Positions 55,254 through 64,000 of a stretch of 64,000 bases of DNA are shown here, in pieces (the stretch's first letter is position 1; each line of letters opens with the position of its first letter). The notes below the pieces were generated by a model. The model was given only the letters and a program-made list of their open reading frames with translations, did no database searches and was not told the DNA's origin. Source of the DNA: the human T2T-CHM13v2.0 reference genome, Homo sapiens; the NCBI RefSeq assembly GCF_009914755.1, contig NC_060930.1. One strand, given 5' to 3'. The translations under genes and the position numbers were made by a program.

Positions 55254-55939
55254 AAAGATTATATACTAATCAATTACTGTCTTAGTATGCAAAACAATGG
55301 AAAAAATATTGCCACTAAAAAAGTAAACCAAATGTTAATGACAGTACTCCAAGAGATATATAGAAAATATTCCTTACAGAAATACAAAAACATTGTTACG
55401 CCATTACTGCTCTGCTGGAGACCGAAAACAATTAGGATTCTAATAAGATATATGTTGCAGTAAAAAAAATTCTTGGATGATACAACATTCTCACACAGAT
55501 CTGGCCCACACAGCCATTTCAAGCTTTGGCTTTCCCCTCTTTGAATGTGTTAATCTTCTGACCTTCGTCCATCCTTGTCTCCCACTAATTACTTTAAATG
55601 ACATCATTTTTTTTGTATAAATCTAAATGCAATACTAAAAGTGGATAACCAGTTTAGTGCCTTCTGTTTTTTTCCAATTAGTTCCCTAATATTAGATACT
55701 CCCTGGTGGAATGCAACAAATAAACACAGTGCAATTACTATAGTGGAAAGAAATATAACAATAATTATTTTTAATCTGTAATTTTCATCCTTTTCAAACT
55801 CCTTTCCTTGTAAGCATACAATTCCAACCAAATATACTTGCTTTATTCATATAAGCAAAGAACATGATGAAACATCCCTCTTTGTTACTATCTTAGCAAT
55901 ATTTCATCTTTTTTATAGTAAGCAATGCTGATTTTCCAT

Positions 55940-56131
55940 TTTATCAAAGATTAACCTATGCAAATCACAAGTGTATTTATTACTTTTCATAAAATTAACA
56001 TGGTCATGTAACTACCACCAGATGAAGAAATTCATCATTGCCAGCACTCCAAAAGTCTTCCTGTCCCCCCTTCCCAAGCACTACTCTCTCAAAGATAATG
56101 ACTATTCTGACTTTTATCACCATAGATTAGT
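55940..56131 (-). mobile_element. L1ME 3' end fragment
   Basis: catgtaactaccaccagatgaagaaa...cattgccagcactccaaaag...actattctgacttttatcaccatagattagt. Confidence 0.8.
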
Positions 56132-56299
56132 GACAGCCTGGAGTGTTTACCAGGGTCTCTCCTCTTTGTGTCCCTTTCCAGTTAAGACCGAAAAACCTCA
56201 GGCTGAATTTTTATACTTTACCTATCCCTTTCAACTTGGCTGTCTTGGCCTGGAAGAGCTTAGATATAAGCAAATTCCTCAAAAGAATTAGGAGTGCAG

Positions 56300-56700
56300 A
56301 ATGTCAGACTCGTTATCTGTGTTACCTTGTCTCTGGGATTTTGTTCACTAAAGTCGTGGCTGCCTTGGTAGCCCTGAACTCCAATTGTGTCTCCCTGAAC
56401 TGATTAGACAGCTAAAAGGCCTGAATTACTTATTTTTGCTAGGGATCTTGGATCCTTGCTTATGAGCCACAAATGCTTACAGGGAAGAAGTAATAGTGAA
56501 TGTTGGGCCCACCTCAGTGTGTTTTCCTTCTCTCCAGGATCTTAGCACCTCAAAACCAAGAAAATCAAGGCAGCCGCCTTGATTGTTCTCCATGACTTTA
56601 AAGAGCTGTTAAAATAATTATATTATTCATCTTTATATTTATTTTCAGTGAGCAGGTTGACATAATATAAGCTACTTCATTCTATTCAAAAGGCAAATCT
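56300..56700 (-). mobile_element. L1ME 5' end fragment (L1MEg/f-like)
   Basis: gtgaatgttgggcccacctcagtgtgttttccttctctccaggatcttagcacctcaa ... ataagctacttcattct resembles the recalled L1ME 5' terminus. Confidence 0.65.
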
Positions 56701-57075
56701 TTTCATCTCTTTTCATCTGTTTCTCTACTAACTTCTTCAACTCTTCCCCTTGGAATAAAAATCTACACGATTGTCTTCCTGGTTGCCTCCACTCAGTCAT
56801 TATTATCACATTTTTCTTTGCTCTGTATACTTCTGTTGTTTGAGTTATTTAATTGATTTATATATTATTATTTTTATATTCCTATCTCCTATATAAGGAC
56901 CATCATCTATATAAGAAGTACAGTTGATATATTAGCCCAAAACACATACCTATTGTAGAACTGATAATTTTACCAAACATTTGGTAATTCTGCGTAACTT
57001 TGTTGCCTATGAGACATCCTAACCTATTCTACTTCATTGTAGTCAATTTTATTTCAGTTCTAAAAAGTGCTTGCA

Positions 57076-57383
<308 letters not shown>

Positions 57384-57434
57384 TCAAACCAATCTAGTTT
57401 ATTTTAGTGACCATTAATTTGTTGTTACTTAAAA

Positions 57435-57545
57435 ACAATGAGCTCCCTGAGGTTAAACTACCTATCTGTTTTATTCATATCCATTTGTCCCCTGGGCTCA
57501 GAAGTATGCTAGGCATATTGTAGGTGATTAATAAATGTTTGAGGC
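57435..57545 (+). mobile_element. LINE-2 3' terminal fragment
   Basis: tgagctccctgagg...tctgttttattca...ggcatattgtaggtgattaataaatgtttg. Confidence 0.65.
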
Positions 57546-57970
57546 CTGAGCAAACCCTAGAAGTATAACCACAGGCCCCTCGCTACTTTAGTAAATACAT
57601 TATTAGAAAAAAATTGCTAACCAAATCAGAGCTATTTAGAGTCATTAGAACATAGTTCCTATGGAAATGTATTTCTGAAATATGGTAATAGTAATTTGTC
57701 ATTCTTGCACAAAGACTCCATAAATATCTGTGTGGTATTAATTTTCACATTTATTTGTTATAATATTATTAAGTTCTATGTGACATACAGTGAAGTGTAC
57801 AGATTTGATAACTTCTAACATATTTGTAAGCTTGTAAGAGCATCACCACAATCAAGACGATGACCAGTTCCATCACTTCTAAAAGTCTCCTTTTGCCATT
57901 CTGTAATCCATACCTCCCTGTGCCCCTATCCTCAGGTAGCAATTTATTTGACTTCTGATACTGCTATTTT

Positions 57971-60528
57971 TCTATTTTTTTAAATTATACTTTAAGTTCT
58001 GGGGTACATGTGCAGAACACACAGGTTTGTTACATAGGTATACACATACCATGGTGGTTTGCTGCACCCATCAACCCGTCATCTACATTAGGTATTTCTC
58101 CTAATGCTATCCCTCCACTAGCCCCACCACCCACTGAGAGGTCCCAGTGTGTGATGTTCCCCTCCTTGTGTCCATGTGTTCTCATTGTTCAACTCCCACT
58201 TATGAGTGAGAACATGCAGTGTTTGGTTTTCTGTTCTTGTGTTACTTTGCTGAAAATGATGGTTTCCAGCTTCATCCATGTCCCTGCAAGGGACATGAAC
58301 TCATCCTTTTTTATGGCTGCATAGTATTCCATGGTGTGTATGTGCCACATTTTCTTTATCCAGTCTATCACTGATGGGCATTTGAGTTGGTTCCAAGTCT
58401 TTGCTATTGTGAACAGTGCCGCAATAAACATATGTGTGCATGTATCTTTATAGTAGAATGATTTATAATCCTTTGGGTATATATCAAATTATGGGATTGC
58501 TGGGTCAAATGGTATTTCTGGTTCTAGATCCTTGAGGAAACATCACACTGTCTTCCACAATGGTTGAACTAAATTACACTCCCACCAACATGTAAAAGCG
58601 TTCCTATTTCTCCACATCCTCTCCAGCATCTGTTGTTTCCTGACTTTTTAATGATCGCCATTCTAACTGGTATGAGATGGTATCTCATTGTGGTTTTGAG
58701 TTGCATTTCTCTAATGACCAGTGATGATGAGCTTTTTTTCATATGTATATTGTTTAATCCATCTTGAGTTAATTTTTATATAAGGTGTGAGGAAGGGGTC
58801 CAGTTTCAGTTTTCTGCATATGGCTAGCCAGTTTTCCCAACACCACTTATTAAATAGGGAATCATTTCCCCATTGCTTGTTTTTGTAAGGTTTGTCAAAG
58901 ATCAGATGGTTGTAGATGTATGATTTTATTTCTGAGGCCTCTGTTCTGTCCTATTGGTCTATATATCTGTTTTGGTACCAGTACTACACTGTTTTGGTTA
59001 CTGTAGCCTTGTAGTATAGTTTGAAGTCAGGTAGCATGATGCCTCCAGCTTTGTTCTTTTTGCTTAGGATTGTCTTGGTCACGCAGGCTCTTTTTTGGTT
59101 CCACATGAAACTTAGAGTAGTTTTTTTTCTAATTCTGTGAAGAAAGACAATGGTAGCTTGATGGGGATAACATTGAATCTATAAATTACTATGGGTAGTA
59201 TGGCCATTTCACAATATTGGTTCTTCCTATCCATGAGCATGGAATGTTTTTGCATCTGTTTGTGTCCTCTCTTATTTTCTTGAGCAGTGGTTTGTAGTTC
59301 TCCTTGAAGAGGTCCTTCACGTCCCTTGTAAGTTGGATTCCTAGGTATTTTATTCTCTTTGTAGCAATTATGAATGTGAGTTCACTCATGATTTGGCTGT
59401 CTGTTTGTCTGTTATTGGTGTATAGGAATGCTTGTGATTTTTGCACATTGACTTTGTATCCTGAGACTTTGCTGAAGTTGCTTATCAGCTTAAAGAGATT
59501 TTGGACTGAGACAATGGGGTTTTCTAAATATACAATCAAGTCATCTGCAAAGACAATTTGACTTGCTCTCTTCCTGTGTGAATACCATTTCTTTCTCTTG
59601 CCTGATTGACCTGGCCAGAACTTCCAATACTATGTTAAATAGGAGTGGTGAGAGAAGTCATCCTTGTCTTGTGCCGGTTTTCAAAGGGAATGCTTCCAGC
59701 TTTTGCCTATTCATTATGATATCAGCTATGGGTTTCTCCATAAATAGCTCTTATTATTTTGGTATACGTTCCATCAATACCTAGTTTATTGGGAGTTTTT
59801 AGCATGACAGGGTGTTGAATTTTATCAAAGGCCTTTTCTGCATCTATTGAGATAATCATGTGGTTTTCGTCATGGGTTCTGTTTATGTGATGGGTTATGT
59901 TTATTGATTTGTGTACGTTGAACCAGCCTTCTATCCCAGGGATGAAGCCAACTTGATTGTGGTGGATAAGCTTTTTGATGTGCTGCTGAATTCAGTTTGC
60001 CAGTATTTTATTGAGGATTTTTGCACCAATGTTCATCAGGGATATTAGCCTGAAATTTTCTTTTTTTGTTGTGTCTCTGCCAGATTTTGCTATCAGGATG
60101 ATGCTGGCCTCATAAAATGAGTTAGGGAGGAGTCCCTTTTTTTCTATTGTTTGGAATAGTTTCACAAGGAATGGTACCAGCTCCTCTTTTTATCTCTGGT
60201 AGAATTCAGCTGTGAATCCGTCTGGTCCTGGACTTTTTTTGATTGGTAGGCTATTAATTACTGCCTCAGTTTCTGAACTTGTTATTGATCTATTCTGGGA
60301 TTCAACTTCTTCCTAGTTTAGTCTTGGGAGGGTGTACGTGTCCAAGAATTTATCCATTTCTTCTAGACTTTCTGTTTATTTGCATAGAGGTATTCATAGT
60401 ATTCTCTGATGGTAGTTTGTATTTCCGTGGGATCAGTGGTGATATCCCCCTTATCATTTTTTATTACATCTATTTGATTCGTCTCTCTTCTCTACTTTAT
60501 TAGTCTGGCTAGCAGTCTATCTATTTTG
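57971..60528 (-). mobile_element. L1PA (L1PA7-like) 3' segment: 3' UTR and ORF2 RT region, inactive
   Basis: ttatactttaagttctggggtacatgtgcag 3' end; ORF 59189-59539 [10 protein letters not shown]...[13 protein letters not shown]; FADD codons near 59540 follow a small frameshifting deletion. Confidence 0.97.
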
Positions 60529-61568
60529 CCCCAATTAAAAGACACAGACTGGCAAATTGGGTAAAGAGTCAAGACCCATTGGTGTGCTGTATTAAGGAGA
60601 TCCAGCTCACGTGCAAAGACACACCTAGGCTCAAAATAAAGGGATGGAGGAATATTTACCGAGCAAAAAAAAGCAGGAGTTGCAATCCAAGTATCTGATA
60701 AAACAGACTTTGCACCAACAGAGATTAAAAGAGACAAAGAAGAGCATTACATAATAATAAAGGGATCAATGCAACAAGAAGAGCTAACTATCTTAAATAT
60801 ATATGCACCCCATACAGGAGCACCCAGATTCATAAAGCAAGTTCTTAGAGACCTACAAAGAGACTTAGACTCCCACACAATAATAGCGAGAAACTTTAAC
60901 ACCCTATTGTGAATATTAGACAGATCAGCAAGACAGAAAATTAACAAAGATATTCAGGACTTGAACTCAGCTCTGGACCAAGGAGACCTAATAGACATCT
61001 ACAGAACTCTCCACACCAAATCAACAGAATATACATTCTTCTCAGCACCACATCACACTTATTCTAAAATTGACCACATAATTGGAAGTAAAACACTCCT
61101 CAGCAAATGCAAAAGAACAGAAATCATAACAAACAGTCTCTCTGACCACAGTGCAATCAAATTAGAACTCAGGATTAAGAAACTCACTCAAAACCGCATA
61201 ACTACATGGAAACTGAACAACGTGCTCCTGAATGACTACTGGGTAAATAACGAAATGAAGGCAGAAATAAAGATGTTCCTTGAAACCAATGAGAACAAAG
61301 ACATAACGTACCAGAATCTCTGGGACACATTTAAAGCAGTGGGTATAGGGAAATTTATAGCACTAAATGCCCACAAGAGAAAGCAGGAAAGATCTAAAAT
61401 CCACACCCTAACATCACAATTAAAAGACCTAGAGAAGCAAGAGCAAAGAAATTCAAAAGCTAGCAGAAGACAAGAAATAACTAAGATCAGAGCAGAACTG
61501 AAGGAGTTAGAGACATAAAAAACCCTTCAAAAAATCAATGAATCCAGGAGCTGGTTTTTTGAAAAGAT
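60527..61568 (+). mobile_element. Inverted 5' segment of the same L1PA (ORF2 endonuclease region)
   Basis: Begins gccccaattaaaagacacagactggcaaattgg (PIKRHRLANW) and ends gctggttttttgaaaagat. Confidence 0.97.
60961..61518 (+). pseudogene. LINE-1 ORF2 endonuclease C-terminal fragment, non-functional
   Basis: [25 protein letters not shown] motifs; upstream frameshift and stop, premature stop at 61516-61518. Confidence 0.93.
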
Positions 61569-62099
61569 ACTGTTATTTTCTCAATTTTTATATGTGGGAA
61601 TCAATCAGCATAATTATTTTGAGATTTATCCAATTTGTTGCATTTATCAATAGTTCATTCCTGTTTGTTGCGGAATAGCATTCTATCATACGGATGTACT
61701 ACAATTTGTTTATCCATTCACAAGTCGATGAACATTTGGGTTTTTTCCAGTTTGGGACTATTAAAGCTGTTATGAAAATTAATACACAAGTCTTGTTTGA
61801 GAATATGCTTTCATTACAGAAAGTAATGAAGTAAAGTAGATTGTCTGGATTACAATTGCTTCTTAAGAAACTATAACATGTTTTCCAAAATATTTTCCAA
61901 AGTCTATAACTTTAATAGTTATGGACTTCAATGGTATAAGTTATACATACCATTTTATATTCCTATGTTATATATATGTATATGAGTGTTACAGGTTCTC
62001 TGCATCCTTATCAACAACTGATTAGTCTTTTTATCTTAGTCACTCTAATGGAGTATTTAGGTAAGTAGAGCATTCCCATCCACCATTCCAGATACTTAT

Positions 62100-62265
62100 T
62101 ACAGTGTACTGATTAAAAGCCTGGCTCTGCAGTTACACAGACTTGACTTCAGCATGCTCCTATCTAGTTATATAGGCTGGAAGGAATTATTTAACATCTT
62201 AGAGTCTCAGTTTACACATATTTAATGGAGGAACATTTATAATTTATAATTTCTAGAGATGCAGT
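62100..62265 (+). mobile_element. MIR fragment
   Basis: gattaaaagcctggctctgcagttacacagac...ttatttaacatcttagagtctcagttt. Confidence 0.7.
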
Positions 62266-62323
62266 CAATTCTATGAAAAATAATATTTTATGTCATCATT
62301 CTTCTCTCATTTTCTCCTTTCTT

Positions 62324-62379
62324 GTGTGAGTGTGTGTGTGTATGTGTCCTCCTGTCTGTCTGTGTGCATGTGTGTGTGT
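62324..62379. repeat. Imperfect (TG)n microsatellite
   Basis: Directly visible. Confidence 0.85.
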
Positions 62380-62742
62380 ATATCACATTTCGGTCAATGA
62401 TGGACTGCATATACAATAGTGGTCCCATAAGATTATGGTGGAGTTACCCTGTATAGGTGTACTTTTTTTTCATTTGCATTTTACTGTATTTTTATTGTAT
62501 TTTTACTGTAGATATTTAGCTATATTTAGATACACAAATACTTACCATTATGTTACAATTGCCGACAGTATTCAGTACAGTAACATGCTGTTATGTGTTG
62601 CCTAGGAGCAGTATACATAGTATATAGTAGGTTATACCATGCAGGTTTGTGTAAGTACACTTTATGATGTTCACACAATAATGAAATCACTTAACAACAC
62701 ATTTCTCAGAAAGTACCCCTGTCATTAAGCAATACATGGCTA
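62367..62742 (-). mobile_element. Tigger3/MER7 Tc1-mariner non-autonomous element
   Basis: tttcggtcaatgatggactgcatata...gtggtcccataagatta...gatacacaaatacttaccatt...gtcattaagcaatacatggcta followed by TA. Confidence 0.9.
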
Positions 62743-63811
62743 TATAAATTATTTTTCCAAAAATTTGAAAAAATATATTATCTTAGCTCCGTATTTTAAA
62801 AAAGAGTTAGTTATACACACTGTTCATTTCAGCTTTAATCACAGTTGACTTAAGCCACATTTTAAAATTATAGTCTTGATTGCATCAAATTAAATAAATC
62901 TGTATTTTTTCATTGTTCATAGCAGTATTTCTTTTTACTTCTCCCAAAATGCAGTGATTTGTTTTTTAAAAGGTCTGGTCATACAGTGATTAAAAGCTGA
63001 GTTCCTTTGTATTAAAACTTTTTGGCGTGTCGTACTTTCTTATCTCTGAATTATGCCTTCCTGGAAATATCTGAAACAACAGTAATTTATTTTAGATTCA
63101 AAAGAAAATTTTTATAATTATTGTTTCAAAAAAGTGTTATAATTATAAAAACATGAAAACAAAAAAGAAATAAAGCAAAATTTGAAAAATAGCACATTTA
63201 TTCATTAGCATTTCTTTCTTAATAGACTGCAATTAATCAGTTTTTATTCAATTTATGTTCAGGGTTTAAAGAATTATTATACACAACATGAGATGAAAGT
63301 TTATAGCAAAGGCAGGGTACAACACTGACACTGTAAATGTGAGCAGTTCTTAAGAACAGACAGTTCTTGGCAACTACAATTAAACTCACCACTAGGAACA
63401 GCACAAATTCTGACAATTTGCAAATTAATTCTATTCTAAGAAAAAAATAAGTCATAAATAAACACAGATGGTTGATTGCCATCAATGGTTAACTTTCACT
63501 GGTTGTCTCACCTCTTTTCAAGTAACACCAACTTTCAAATTAAGACTACATCATTTTCATACCTTTTTCCTTTTGTCACATGAATTCCATATGTGTTTTT
63601 AAATTCTTCATTTACCTTCAACATGAACAGTTTTATGTAATAATTTTTTATTAATATAGGATATCCAATGAATGCTTATGGAAAGAGCTTTCACTGATTG
63701 ATTGTGTCTTTACTGTCGTCTTAGCTCCACTTCCAGAATTATAGAGCATAGGTTGGTAATGCAAGGTCAGCAAACAAAGAAAATATTTCTCAAATATAAT
63801 CTGATACTACA

Positions 63812-64000
63812 AAGCCAAGTGCTGCACAATGACATTTCAAACAATGATGGGCTGCACATACTGCAGTATTCCCATTGATTATAATACTGTATTTTTGCTG
63901 TAACTTTTCTATGTTTTGGTGTGTTTGGATACACAAATATTTACCATTGTGTTCCAGTTGCTTACAGTATTCAGTTCAGTAACATGCTGTACAGGTTTGT
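63812..64000 (-). mobile_element. Second Tigger3a/MER7A copy, running off the window end
   Basis: gattataatactgtattttt...gatacacaaatatttaccattgtgtt...cagtaacatgctgtacaggtttgt. Confidence 0.9.

Larger units (their letters stand above)
57750..62055 (-). mobile_element. Old L1M (L1MD/ME-type) 3' end, split by the L1PA (host pieces ~57750-57970 and ~61566-62055)
   Basis: catcaccacaatcaaga...ttccatcac left of the insertion; gagatttatcca...atcaatagttcattcc...tttgtttatccattca right of it. Confidence 0.8.

Overview
AT-rich, CpG-poor primate (human-like) non-coding DNA, either intergenic or deep intronic. I find no CpG island, no recognisable host protein-coding exon, no RNA gene and no CRISPR or prokaryotic feature. 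The ORF track is explained by Alu, L1 and simple-repeat sequence or by chance. The only ORFs with real protein homology are dead LINE-1 ORF2 fragments (endonuclease 60961-61518, reverse transcriptase 59189-59539). The window is a layered transposon record: 11 Alus (J, S and Y age classes), primate L1PA and older L1MA/MC/ME pieces, L2, MIR, MaLR/ERV LTRs (MLT1, LTR16, MER4A1) and DNA-transposon relics (MER5, MER94, Tigger3/MER7, a MER135-like palindrome). Repeat family names come from recalled consensus sequences, not a database search, so subfamily calls and the edges of old elements are approximate. I did not find a new biological system. The best-supported observations are mechanistic: a twin-primed (5'-inverted) L1PA with readable junctions; an old L1MA apparently inserted from a prematurely polyadenylated RNA; a ~655-bp almost pure pyrimidine tract lying wholly inside an AluJ target-site duplication (TSD); Alu tails whose microsatellite motif copies the start of their own TSD; a three-level nested insertion; and several small duplications, palindromes and candidate regulatory sites.
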